Assembly (NCBI GenBank): GCA_017527435.1 | Contig: JAFXQB010000006.1 | Span: 23,098 to 87,097, forward strand | Length of the DNA: 64,000 nt | Direction of reading: 5' to 3' | DNA from: Salinivirgaceae bacterium | GTDB lineage: Bacteria; Bacteroidota; Bacteroidia; Bacteroidales; SZUA-534 | Shown: positions 1 to 9,878 of the stretch, piece by piece | How the letters are laid out: each line of letters begins with the position of its first letter | Position numbering within the stretch: position 1 is the stretch's first letter | The notes under the pieces: generated by a model | What the model saw: only the letters and a program-made list of their open reading frames with translations | Database searches by the model: none | Told to the model about the DNA's origin: nothing | Program-made: the position numbers and the translations under genes

Positions 1-227
1 ACAATGTTGACGTCAAAACCTTGACCTTCATCGGTTATGGTCACATCAATTTTCTTGTCATCGCTAACCAAATCAATATGCACGAGTTTTTCGGGGTCGC
101 TGTTGTTTCCATGCACAATTGCGTTTGTGACAGCTTCGATTGTTGATATCAACAAGTTACCATACAAGTCAGAAACAATGGACAAACAAACCGAAACTTC
201 ATCGATGAAGTTTTCGACGAGCGACAT
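1..227 (-). CDS. ATP-binding anti-sigma-regulatory-factor-like protein (HATPase_c, RsbW/SpoIIAB-like), N-terminal part; continues beyond window start
   Basis: Own translation of the minus strand from ATG (cat 225-227): MSLVENFIDEVSVCLSIVSDLYGNLLISTIEAVTNAIVHGNNSDPEKLVHIDLVSDDKKIDVTITDEGQGFDVNI. It has ExxxNAxxHG (N box) and DxGxGF (G1 box). Missing from the ORF track because it is truncated by the window edge. Confidence 0.55.
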   Translation of the reverse strand, partial: MSLVENFIDEVSVCLSIVSDLYGNLLISTIEAVTNAIVHGNNSDPEKLVHIDLVSDDKKIDVTITDEGQGFDVNI

Positions 228-258
228 ATTCTCAAGTTTCGACTTAATTACCAATTCT

Positions 259-3200
259 TTATTCATTGCTCACGTTGTTTACGCTGTTAAGGTATTCATC
301 AAATTTTGCCTTATAAAACGAATTAAGTTTCAAATTTGTTTGTTTTAAAACATCCATATTTTTTTCAAAAGTAATGTCTTCTTGGAAATTTTTAGGTGTT
401 TTTCCATCAATATTTTTTGCAGTTGTCGATTCGCGCTTGTCGTCAGTGTCGCGTTCGGTCTCTGCGTTTTCAGCGTCAAGTAGCTTATTTACAATGTTTT
501 GCTGACGCATTACGGTCTGAATTGACAGCTTTTTATTGGCAAATTCAGAGTGTGATTTTTCCATAAGTTTTTTTGCTTCCTGCAAAAGTTTGGCCGTTTG
601 GCCGTCGATATCAGCGTTTCGCATCATCTGTTCAAGCATTTGCTGATATATTTCGTTTTGCATCAACATTTTAGCCAATTCTCGGTTTGTGGCTTCCGAC
701 TCGCCTGACTTCATTTGGTTGAGCAGATCGCGCAGCTGGTTTTTCATTGATTCCTGGGCACTGCGCATTTCTGAGAGCTGCTGTTCGGGTTTAGGTTTCG
801 GTTTACGCTTCTTCGCTGACTTTCCGCCGGCACCTGATGGACTGTTTTCGATATTCTTTAGCGATTCTGATAGGATGAGTATCAAATCGTTGGTGTTTTT
901 CAGGGCTTCGCGCTGATTACGATTGGCCTTCGATGTGTTGCGTTCCTGAAGTTGCACACACGATTCCATCATACCATCTTCAATCAAATAGGCAGCTTTT
1001 GAGATGTGACTACCAAGTTGAATTGTTCGGCGCGAAAGATTATACAGACTGTCTCTGACTATCTTGAAATTTTCAACCAACTGCGACTGGGCAAGTATTC
1101 GCTCTTGATAAAGCGGATTCGAAAAATTCACACTTTCATATTCAGTAATGATTTTTTCCTGGGCAAAAGAGACTTCGAACAAATTATCCAAAATCTGGCG
1201 CAAATCGTCGGCGTCTTCAGCATCAGACTCGGCTTTGCTCGATTCAAACATCTGTTTCATATTATCAGACAGCTTCTTTATCTGGTTAGAGTTATCCTTG
1301 GCCGATTTTTCAAATTCCTGAAGGTTATTATCATCAAGTTGCTGATTTTCAATATCGAAATTGCTGTCAATCTGGTTAAATTCACTGCTGAAATCATCGA
1401 TTTTATACGGCCGTTCGAGCGACTTGTTATCTTCGGACAATTTCTGGTACTGGTTTTTCAAATCATCGAAAAATTCTTTCTGCTTGTTTAGCTCGCTTTT
1501 AACTGAATCGGCGCCGGATTGATTAGATATTTGATCCTGTTTTTCGGACAAAACATTCAAATTATCAGCAAGTTGTGAGATGTTTTCTTCGATTTTAATT
1601 TTCTTTAATAACTCAATATTCTTATCAACTTCTTTTTCAAAATTGCCGAAATCCTTTTTTAAGTCTTCAGATAAAGCATTGTAGTTTTGCTGTTTTTCAG
1701 CTGCCAATTCACTTATTTCTTTAAGAATCTGCTTAAGCTCATCATCAATCAAACTATTAAGTAATTCAGAAATAAGATTTTGTTTTTCAATAATTTGCTG
1801 ACTGTTATTAAAAGAATTTTCGAGTGATTTATGGTCTTTGGAAATATTGTTCAACAAATCCTGAAGTTGGTTTGCTTTGTTGTTGATTTGCTGAAGCATG
1901 CTATTCTTTTCCCATTCAGTTAAATTATCATTCAACATCTTCTTCCGCAACTCGGATATTTCAAATTCAATCTCTTCGGACAATTGTTTAGTCAGCTCTA
2001 GACGCGTGAACAAATCAGAATATTTTTCTTCTTTGTCAGCCACCTGGCTTGAGATAGATTTAACAACGAAGTCGAGAATTTCAGACCTTACTTTCTTTGG
2101 GCCATTGACACCGTCGTTGTCATATAATTCGAAACAGAAGGAAACAGACTTATCGTAAATGTCAGAATTAATTGTTGGCTGATAGTTGTAAAAAATTTGC
2201 TGCAATGTGACGTTGTTGTAGATCGGAATTTGAAAAGTATCTTTTGAATCATCAGACGAAACATAAAGCAGCAGTTTAGTAAATCCATAATCATCTTTAA
2301 TAGAACCACTGAACGATACACCGGTTTGCTCTTCTTGCTTAACAACGGTGAGTTGTGGATATTCATCTTGAACAGAGACTATTTTAAAATCAATGAAATC
2401 TCTACTTACATCACTATTATAAAGTTTTATTCTATAATCTTCGGAATGAAAAACTCTGGTTTCGAAAACAAATTGGTTATTGTCAGCTATTGAAACCAAA
2501 GACGAATCGGTCAAAGACTGAACCGTTAAGGTATCGATGTTCAAACCCGTAAAAGTTTGCTTTAAAAATGTTCCTTGTGGAACAATTAAAATGTTTTGGT
2601 TATTGACCACCGTGTCTTTGATATTAGTGTAGTTTGGGTAATAAACTTCTGTATAATAGTTATTTACAGCTGGAACCTTAAGAACTTTTACATTATAACT
2701 TTTAGATTCAACATTGCTATAAGATAAACTGAAAGAAAAACTATTATTGACGTTTTTGAAAGAGTATGAGAACTGCGTATCGTTAATTCTTTGCATTATA
2801 TTTTGGTTTCCATGAAACTTGACAAACATTTCATTGGCACTATAATTACCTTTCAATGACGCTTGAATCAACAAGTCGTTTCCCTGTTCTACAGAGAGTT
2901 TGGACTCATCGATATAAAAAGAAAATTGTTGATTTTCAGTATTTTGTATATAAAAATGAATTATGTTTGAAAAACCTGCTTTGAATAAGTTTGGAACAAA
3001 CAAAACACAAGAAAACAATATAACTAAAGACAACACACAAACAATTAAATGTTTGTTTGACTGATAATTAACGTACTTATTAAAGTCTATTCCTTGAATT
3101 AATCTGTTTTTTTGATCAATACTGGCACCAACCAAATCGGACTGTGGCAAACTCGACAGTTCAATTATGTTTGTAAGGATATCTTTTAACTCTACATCTT

Positions 3201-3501
3201 TGCTTTGAATGATTTTGCAAGCATCTGCATACGACATTCGCGGCAATATGCCAAAAAGACGTAATGAAGGAACCAACAAGAGTTTAACAAAGAAAACAAG
3301 AGTTAGAAAAACGAAAAGAACGAATAGAATTAACCTAAAGAACGATGAAAATTTAAATAGAAACTCTAAAAGAGAAACGAATATAAGAGATAATATTGCA
3401 ATTGTTAAAAACGAACATAATCCATTAATCAACAAACTTTTATGGTGCTTGTCGATGAATTTGTCGAGCCGCTGTTTGAACAATCCAACAGTATCATCCA
3501 T
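259..3501 (-). CDS. Large (1080 aa) membrane-anchored coiled-coil protein, function unknown (possibly DUF4175-like)
   Basis: The ATG at 3501 overlaps the stop of the upstream M23 gene by 8 nt. Three N-terminal hydrophobic helices, an N/S/Y-rich beta-looking middle, a ~300-aa E/K/Q/N coiled coil and a basic KKRKPKPKPE patch. The family name is from memory only. Confidence 0.8.
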   Translation of the reverse strand: MDDTVGLFKQRLDKFIDKHHKSLLINGLCSFLTIAILSLIFVSLLEFLFKFSSFFRLILFVLFVFLTLVFFVKLLLVPSLRLFGILPRMSYADACKIIQSKDVELKDILTNIIELSSLPQSDLVGASIDQKNRLIQGIDFNKYVNYQSNKHLIVCVLSLVILFSCVLFVPNLFKAGFSNIIHFYIQNTENQQFSFYIDESKLSVEQGNDLLIQASLKGNYSANEMFVKFHGNQNIMQRINDTQFSYSFKNVNNSFSFSLSYSNVESKSYNVKVLKVPAVNNYYTEVYYPNYTNIKDTVVNNQNILIVPQGTFLKQTFTGLNIDTLTVQSLTDSSLVSIADNNQFVFETRVFHSEDYRIKLYNSDVSRDFIDFKIVSVQDEYPQLTVVKQEEQTGVSFSGSIKDDYGFTKLLLYVSSDDSKDTFQIPIYNNVTLQQIFYNYQPTINSDIYDKSVSFCFELYDNDGVNGPKKVRSEILDFVVKSISSQVADKEEKYSDLFTRLELTKQLSEEIEFEISELRKKMLNDNLTEWEKNSMLQQINNKANQLQDLLNNISKDHKSLENSFNNSQQIIEKQNLISELLNSLIDDELKQILKEISELAAEKQQNYNALSEDLKKDFGNFEKEVDKNIELLKKIKIEENISQLADNLNVLSEKQDQISNQSGADSVKSELNKQKEFFDDLKNQYQKLSEDNKSLERPYKIDDFSSEFNQIDSNFDIENQQLDDNNLQEFEKSAKDNSNQIKKLSDNMKQMFESSKAESDAEDADDLRQILDNLFEVSFAQEKIITEYESVNFSNPLYQERILAQSQLVENFKIVRDSLYNLSRRTIQLGSHISKAAYLIEDGMMESCVQLQERNTSKANRNQREALKNTNDLILILSESLKNIENSPSGAGGKSAKKRKPKPKPEQQLSEMRSAQESMKNQLRDLLNQMKSGESEATNRELAKMLMQNEIYQQMLEQMMRNADIDGQTAKLLQEAKKLMEKSHSEFANKKLSIQTVMRQQNIVNKLLDAENAETERDTDDKRESTTAKNIDGKTPKNFQEDITFEKNMDVLKQTNLKLNSFYKAKFDEYLNSVNNVSNE

Positions 3502-4702
3502 TCTTTGAACATGCTAACCACTCTTGGGGATTGAGTTTTTGATTTTCCTTCCAAATTTGGAACTGAAGCACCGATTTACCTTCTTCTTCCTTATCGGTAT
3601 AAATTTTTCCAATCATTTGCTTGGTAGATACCTTATCACCCTGTTTAACAAATACTTCGGAAAGATTAGAATAAACTGAAAGGTAATTACCGTGACGGAT
3701 TATAACGGTGGTGTGAGCGCCTGGAATAACAAAAACACGAGTTACAGTACCATCAAAAATTGAACGAATGTAAGAACCTTCGGTAGTTGAAATATCAATT
3801 CCGTCATTTCTAACAAAAACGCCTTTCAGCACAGGATGCGGGTTCTCACCAAAAAAGCCTGTTATCACACCGCGCTCGGTTGGCCATGGCAACTTACTCT
3901 TATTGCTGGCAAATGTGTTAGCTAACTTTTGTTCTTCTGGTGTTAGCTGGAAAACATTTGGCGCTTTCTTCTTTGAATTTGCCTTTGCCAATTCTTCAGC
4001 AATAACTTTCTCAATGGCGTGCTGAAGCTCGCTTGCAAGCTTGATTTGCTTATCGAGTTTCTTTTTTAATTCAACTTTTTCTTTATCAAGCTTTTGTATA
4101 ATCTGATTTTGGTCAGATTTTTCCTTTTTCAACTCATTAGTTTCAGTCATCTGTTCTTTTAACAGCACCTTCTTTTCAGATTTCAAACTATCGAGTTCGG
4201 CAAGCTGCTTTTCAATTTCGATTTTGGTCTCAACAATCTGACGAGCCTGGGATGTGCGATATTCGTTATACTGCTGCAGATGCTTTATGCGATTGAAAGC
4301 CGTGTTGACACTTTCAGAAGCCAAAATGAACATAATGCGGTCATAACTGCTGCGGTTCTTATAATAAAAAGATATTACTCTTGCGTATTCAGCCTTAAGT
4401 TTCTCATAATCATTGTTCAACTCATCAATCAATTCTTGTTGAACTTTAATATTACCATCGATCAGCGATATTTCAGAATTAATGTCGCCTATAATTTTTT
4501 CACGGCTTTTTATCTTGCTGTTAATGAGCAAAAGTTTATTATAAGTTGCTGTCTTGTTTTTTTCAGTTTTGGCAATAAGCTCATTGGTATAGCTGATTTC
4601 CTTCTCGTTTTCCTTTTTTCGTTTCTCAAGGTCGGAACGCGATTGCGAAAAAGATGGCAAAATAGCCATCAGCAAAATCGATGAAAGAAATAATCTAAAC
4701 AT
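3494..4702 (-). CDS. M23 family metallopeptidase / murein hydrolase activator (EnvC-like)
   Basis: Signal peptide MFRLFLSSILLMAILPSFSQ (ATG at 4702; the track start at 4708 is TTG). Long coiled coil, then a C-terminal LytM domain (GIDISTTEGSYIRSIFDGTVTRV...IIRHGNYLSVYSNL). Confidence 0.9.
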   Translation of the reverse strand: MFRLFLSSILLMAILPSFSQSRSDLEKRKKENEKEISYTNELIAKTEKNKTATYNKLLLINSKIKSREKIIGDINSEISLIDGNIKVQQELIDELNNDYEKLKAEYARVISFYYKNRSSYDRIMFILASESVNTAFNRIKHLQQYNEYRTSQARQIVETKIEIEKQLAELDSLKSEKKVLLKEQMTETNELKKEKSDQNQIIQKLDKEKVELKKKLDKQIKLASELQHAIEKVIAEELAKANSKKKAPNVFQLTPEEQKLANTFASNKSKLPWPTERGVITGFFGENPHPVLKGVFVRNDGIDISTTEGSYIRSIFDGTVTRVFVIPGAHTTVIIRHGNYLSVYSNLSEVFVKQGDKVSTKQMIGKIYTDKEEEGKSVLQFQIWKENQKLNPQEWLACSKNG

Positions 4703-4704
4703 TC

Positions 4705-5487
4705 TCAAAAACTTACGCGTTTATATTTATCAACCTTTAAATTCAAATCCGGAAGATTTCCATTAGCCACACTTACGTTTTCAAATAAAACCTTATACTC
4801 GCTCTTACTTCCTTTCACAACTGATGTCAAAACCATTTCAGCCGGAAATCCATAACTCAACGCAAAATTAGAATAAATAGCCCTAAAAATATCGCCATTA
4901 TACGATTTATATTCAGTGCTGGCAAGATTACCATATCTATCGAATATTGTTGTTACAAACGATTTATTTGAGTTTTCCGACAAAGTAGTGTTCACGATAA
5001 ATCGATTGAAATTTGGCTGATAGTTTGCGTTTGAACTGTTAAATGAGATGGTATCAGAAAGATATGAAGATGTTAGAAAAGAATAAATTGCCCTGAAACT
5101 TGAACTCAAAATTTTAATATCAGCATAAGTTCCTGAAAAATAGTTCTTTTCATACTTATTGATAATTGTAACTGAATCACTTTTAAGAACCGCTTGCGCA
5201 ACTTCAATTCCTAAAGAAGTAGACATCAAACTCACATACAAACAAGTGTCAGAAAAAGAAAAAATCCTACCTGTCAGCTTGTTTTCGCGACCGTTGGTTT
5301 CAATTACAGTTTTAAATTTGATTTTCAATATATTGGATGACCTAAAGTCGTGCTGTTTTCTAACTTTTGCTTCAAGACCGGAAAAATCAGTTATCTGACG
5401 TGAGCTTATGTGAGTTTTTGAACACGAACAAAAAAGGAAAAGCAAAATAACGCTACTCAATATACTTTCCCGAAACAATTTTTTCAT
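4705..5487 (-). CDS. DUF4292-type lipoprotein (LolA/LolB-like fold family)
   Basis: ATG at 5487 gives MKKLFRESILSSVILLFLFCSC (lipobox). The size and the position between the TPR and M23 genes match the conserved Bacteroidota synteny. Confidence 0.7.
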   Translation of the reverse strand: MKKLFRESILSSVILLFLFCSCSKTHISSRQITDFSGLEAKVRKQHDFRSSNILKIKFKTVIETNGRENKLTGRIFSFSDTCLYVSLMSTSLGIEVAQAVLKSDSVTIINKYEKNYFSGTYADIKILSSSFRAIYSFLTSSYLSDTISFNSSNANYQPNFNRFIVNTTLSENSNKSFVTTIFDRYGNLASTEYKSYNGDIFRAIYSNFALSYGFPAEMVLTSVVKGSKSEYKVLFENVSVANGNLPDLNLKVDKYKRVSF

Positions 5488-7171
5488 CGAGTTTGTCACT
5501 TCCGTTACCTATAGTTTTGACTCTTTTCCACTGCTCAATGGCACCATCTGTGTCATCATTGAAATAAAGAATATCGCCATAATGCTCAATAATAACACCG
5601 CTTCTGGTAGAATCGTAATCAACCGCCTTCTTGATGTACTTTAAAGCTTCAGAATACTGTTTCATTTCAAACAATATCCAAGCGTAAGTATCGAGATAAG
5701 TAGCATTTTCTGGTTCACGCTGGATTGTTTTTAATGACATGGTTTGAGCTTTCTGAAGGTTTGCCTTGTCAAGAGACAAATAATAGCTATAATTATTCAT
5801 AACCATCAGATTTTCAGGATCTGCATCAAGAAGTTTGTCGAAATACGAATAAGCTTTTTCCTTATCATCGAGTTTGTAATATACTTCACCTATAAAAGTC
5901 AGAAAATCAGGCAATAATTGATCATTTTTTGGAAGAATGCTATAACCAAATTCCAGCGATTTTTTAGCCTGCTCATATCTGGAAAGCTGAAAATTACTTA
6001 TTCCGTTGAAAAAATACAGAACAGGTATGTTCGGAAAATACTCAATTGCTTCAGCACTATGATTTAACATCGAGTTCCAATCAGCCATCTTATTATCGAT
6101 GAACAAAAGCTGTTCCCAAATTGCATATTTGTCTTTCCTGGTTTCCACTACTTTCTGAAGAGCGAGACGAGCTATATATAAATCGCCCTTATTCATTTGA
6201 AAATCAGCATATATAGTGTTTACATCTGGGTCATCAGGGTAATATTGAACAAGGACTTCAGACAATTTCATTATTCTTTCAAACTTTTTCGCATCAATAT
6301 TTGAATCGCGCGTCAAGTCTATTAAAATCCCAACCTTTACTTCACAAGGAACATTGAGAGAAGAAAAACCGGAAGTCAGTTCAGAGTAAAATTTATCTTC
6401 ATCTTTCAAAATCTGATAACAAGCAGCCAAACCCAAATGAGAATAGCCATCGTTAGGATTGTCTTTTAAAATATTATCATGAACCGATAAAGATTTTTCA
6501 ATGTTCCCGATTTGCATATAAAAATCGGCAAGTATGCGCTTGAACTGTATCTCGTCAGGATAGGCGCTAACTAATTTAAGTAACTCGTTTTCAGCTTTTT
6601 TAGGTTTCTTCAGTTTTAGATAAATATTTTTTTTCTGCAAAATAATGGTTTCATCAAGACCGAATTTTTTTTCAATCGAATCATAGGTTAAAAGAGCCTT
6701 TTTCAAATCCCCGGCACTTATGTATACATCAGCCAGACAAGCATAAAAATCAAATTCATCAGGCTTTAATGAAATTAGTTGAAAGAAAATATTTTCGGCT
6801 TTTTTGAAATGTCCACAAAGTCTGTAAATATTTCCGGCCAAATAAAGATACCACTCATTTTTGTTATTGTAACTCAAACATTTGTCAATGTAAGTTTCAG
6901 CTGAAATTAAATCTTTACGCTGAAGCGAAATGGATGCCAGACGATATAACAAAAAAGGATTTTCTGGTTGGAAATTCAAGCAAAGCAAGTAATAACTTTC
7001 GGCCAAATCATAGTTTTCTTCGCTGAAATACTTATCTGCTTCAAACAGATTATAAGTATATGTCATATCGTCACCGAAGACGTTCTCTAATTCATTATCT
7101 TCCTGACAATATGAAATAGCGCAGAGAAAAAAGGCACAAAAAGATAAACCAACTTTAATAAATAACTTCAT
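5453..7171 (-). CDS. Tetratricopeptide-repeat protein (secreted)
   Basis: 572-aa ORF with a signal peptide and many 34-aa TPR-like units rich in Y/A/L (e.g. AESYYLLCLNFQPENPFLLYRLA). Its ATG directly abuts the dut stop codon. Confidence 0.85.
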   Translation of the reverse strand: MKLFIKVGLSFCAFFLCAISYCQEDNELENVFGDDMTYTYNLFEADKYFSEENYDLAESYYLLCLNFQPENPFLLYRLASISLQRKDLISAETYIDKCLSYNNKNEWYLYLAGNIYRLCGHFKKAENIFFQLISLKPDEFDFYACLADVYISAGDLKKALLTYDSIEKKFGLDETIILQKKNIYLKLKKPKKAENELLKLVSAYPDEIQFKRILADFYMQIGNIEKSLSVHDNILKDNPNDGYSHLGLAACYQILKDEDKFYSELTSGFSSLNVPCEVKVGILIDLTRDSNIDAKKFERIMKLSEVLVQYYPDDPDVNTIYADFQMNKGDLYIARLALQKVVETRKDKYAIWEQLLFIDNKMADWNSMLNHSAEAIEYFPNIPVLYFFNGISNFQLSRYEQAKKSLEFGYSILPKNDQLLPDFLTFIGEVYYKLDDKEKAYSYFDKLLDADPENLMVMNNYSYYLSLDKANLQKAQTMSLKTIQREPENATYLDTYAWILFEMKQYSEALKYIKKAVDYDSTRSGVIIEHYGDILYFNDDTDGAIEQWKRVKTIGNGSDKLDEKIVSGKYIE

Positions 7172-7603
7172 CTACTTTCCTGTATGTCCGAAACCGCCAG
7201 CACCGCGCTCGGTCTCGCTTATCTCGTTAACTTCAACAAATTCAGCTTTTTCGTGCTTTGCTATCACCATTTGGCAAATGCGCTCACCAGACTTTATAGT
7301 GAACTCGTCCTGACTCAAGTTGATAAGAATAACCTTTATCTCGCCACGGTAATCGGCATCAATTGTGCCAGGCGAATTGAGAACTGTTATTCCGCTTTTG
7401 ATTGCCAAACCACTGCGCGGACGAATCTGCGCTTCGTAGCCGTCGGGCAACTCAATGTAAAGACCTGTCGGAATGAGTTTGCGCTCGAAAGGTTTCAGCA
7501 CTACGTCAGCATCTACAAAAGCCCGCAAATCCATACCTGCAGAGCTTGCTGTCTCGTAGGCAGGCAGCGCGTTATTCGATTTGTTAATAATATTTACACG
7601 CAT
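7172..7603 (-). CDS. dut: dUTP diphosphatase
   Basis: 143 aa with the typical dUTPase motifs [24 protein letters not shown] and C-terminal GGFGHTGK. Confidence 0.95.
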   Translation of the reverse strand: MRVNIINKSNNALPAYETASSAGMDLRAFVDADVVLKPFERKLIPTGLYIELPDGYEAQIRPRSGLAIKSGITVLNSPGTIDADYRGEIKVILINLSQDEFTIKSGERICQMVIAKHEKAEFVEVNEISETERGAGGFGHTGK

Positions 7604-9069
7604 AAAAGTTTCTTTATGTTTTTCCGCTCAAAGTAATATAAAATGCCAATATATGACATCATAAACAATGTACTAACTGAAAGTGACGCCACTGTATTGC
7701 TCAAACTGAAACAATTTCGGCCGCAAAGAACTAAAATGGCAAGCGCAATGTAGCAAAGAATCTTGCCAACGCTATAGTTGACAGGATAAACCTTGTGGCC
7801 CCAAATGTACGACACCACAACCATCGCAAAATAGCAGGCAATGGTTGCCCAGGCAGCACCCCAGTAGCCGATTCGCGGAATGAATAAAACGTTCATTACG
7901 AGCGTTATAATCATTCCAATGACCGAAATCACGGCGCCGCAGTAGGTTTTATTATTGATTTTGTACCAAACCGAAAGGTTGTAGTAAATTCCAAGGAACA
8001 TATTGGCCAGAAGAACAACAGGAACAATATCGAGTCCTTCGTGGAACTCGCTGCCAATGAAGTATTTAAATATATCGATATACATTGTGACCATCAGGAA
8101 AATCAACAGACAGAAAATGACGAAATAGTCCATCACAACGCTGTACGACTCTTTGGCGTCTTTCGCAAGGGATTTTTTGAAGAAGAAAGGTTCGGCCGCG
8201 TAGTTGAACATCTGAATGAAAATGGTCATCAAAACGGCAATTTTGTAGTTGGCCGCATAAATTCCAACCTGTTCTTCGGCAACAAGGCTGCCATCTGAAA
8301 GATATTTCAAAAAAATCTTGTCCGACACTTCGTTGATAACACCTGCAATACCAATCACAATCAACGGCCAGGTGTAATTGAGCATTGTCAGGTATTTGCG
8401 TAGCGAAATATTGAACCTGAAAGAGCGGTACTCTGGCAGAACAAGAAGGAACGTTACCGTGGACGCCACCATATTGCTAATGAAGGCGTAACCAATATTA
8501 ATATCAGGATTATAGAACGACGCAAGCAACTCATTTTCAGAGTCGCGGCAAACCACAAAGAAGAAAATATTTAGCAGAATGTTGACCGAGACGTTTATTA
8601 GTTTTATAATCGAAAACTTCAGCGCGCGGTTCTGATTACGCATTCTTGCAAATGGAATCGACGTAATAACATCGAAGAAAATAATGAAAGCAAAGCAGAC
8701 TATATAATTTACATTTTGCTCATACCTAATAAGTTCGGCAATATCTTGCTTGAATATCAAAGCAATGAGCAAAAAAGCTGTTGCAAAAACCGACGTGCTG
8801 AAAACGGCGTGGTTGAATGTGTTCGGTTCTTCCTTCTTATCGACGCTGTATCGGAAATAGGTTGTTTCCATTCCGTGAATTAGCAGCACCAGCAGCAGCG
8901 ACGAATAGGCGTAAAGCTCGGAAACAGTTCCGTATTGCGCCTTGGTGAAAATGCGAGTATAGAAAGGCGTCAGCAGCAAGTAATTCATCAGCCGCGGCAC
9001 AATGGTGCCCAAACCGTAAATCATCGTCTGTCCGGCAAGACCTTTGAAAAAATTGCTGAAGAAACCCAT
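7594..9069 (-). CDS. Oligosaccharide/polysaccharide flippase (MOP/Wzx-like) family protein
   Basis: Polytopic membrane protein of about 490 aa with about 12-14 hydrophobic segments. The ATG at 9069 is preferred (the track start at 9081 is TTG). Overlaps the dut start by 10 nt. Confidence 0.8.
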   Translation of the reverse strand: MGFFSNFFKGLAGQTMIYGLGTIVPRLMNYLLLTPFYTRIFTKAQYGTVSELYAYSSLLLVLLIHGMETTYFRYSVDKKEEPNTFNHAVFSTSVFATAFLLIALIFKQDIAELIRYEQNVNYIVCFAFIIFFDVITSIPFARMRNQNRALKFSIIKLINVSVNILLNIFFFVVCRDSENELLASFYNPDINIGYAFISNMVASTVTFLLVLPEYRSFRFNISLRKYLTMLNYTWPLIVIGIAGVINEVSDKIFLKYLSDGSLVAEEQVGIYAANYKIAVLMTIFIQMFNYAAEPFFFKKSLAKDAKESYSVVMDYFVIFCLLIFLMVTMYIDIFKYFIGSEFHEGLDIVPVVLLANMFLGIYYNLSVWYKINNKTYCGAVISVIGMIITLVMNVLFIPRIGYWGAAWATIACYFAMVVVSYIWGHKVYPVNYSVGKILCYIALAILVLCGRNCFSLSNTVASLSVSTLFMMSYIGILYYFERKNIKKLLCV

Positions 9070-9813
9070 CTTACCAATCAAGCATTACATTTTTAACGGT
9101 TGTGAATTAAAACAAGTGAAGAACTTTCGGCCGAAAGATTTTCGCTGAATAGCTCAAACCGATATTTTTGGACAAAAGTAAAAAAAGAACACAGCATAAA
9201 TAAAGGGCGTTGAACTAAAATTGAAATTTTGAAAACCACGAAACCTAAAATCCCAGACCATATCATTATTAATATTCTTTTTATTTTTTAAAAAAAATGA
9301 TGATGATGATTTGGCGGTGAAAAAGTTTAAAAGAAACCGAAGAAAAATTTTGAATATTGAAAATTATAAAAATGTTATATGCTATTTAACAATTTCGATT
9401 GATGAGCACAGTTTAATAATCAGTCATGTACGCATCATTATAAACAAATTGTTTAAAACTCATCAGTTACTAAATACAGGGTAGAAGTTAAAAGTTGAAA
9501 AGGCAAGAATGGTGTTGATTTTAGGGAATAAAAAAATCGATATGAACAATTGAAAAAATAGAAACTTTTATATGCAGCGAAGGATATTTAAATGCAAGAA
9601 AAAAATGCGTCGTTTTATAAACACGGAACAAAAAATCTTATTAACAGTTTAACATAATATTAAAGCATTGAAAATCAATTTTCGCATTTAAAATAATTGT
9701 TCAGATGATTTGCCGCAATTTTTTATAAATCAAAAAACTATAACCGCAAAACAGTAATTAAAACGTTATTAACAAAAGAAATTTCCGTAACGCAAAAAAA
9801 TGAAAAAAGAAAT

Positions 9814-9830
9814 GGCGGAAATCTTCCGCC
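9814..9830 (-). terminator. Rho-independent terminator of recA
   Basis: ggcggaaatcttccgcc hairpin 49 nt after the recA stop, followed on the minus strand by a T-rich run (plus-strand A run 9793-9812). Confidence 0.7.
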
Positions 9831-9878
9831 ACTTCACAAATAACCACCTAAAAAACACAATTATAAAAACCTATAATT

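Noticed and set aside
37-348. 103-aa plus-strand ORF at the window start, and other plus-strand ORFs inside 259-3501 (689-916, 1006-1491, 1898-2158, 3209-3508).
   Set aside because: They lie opposite the HATPase-like gene and the 1080-aa gene. They are low-complexity shadows in AT-rich sequence.
9070-9878. Replication origin in the AT-rich spacer (dnaN is only 7 kb away).
   Set aside because: There is no cluster of TTATCCACA-type DnaA boxes, only single one-mismatch hits such as tgtgaatta at ~9101. dnaA is not adjacent.
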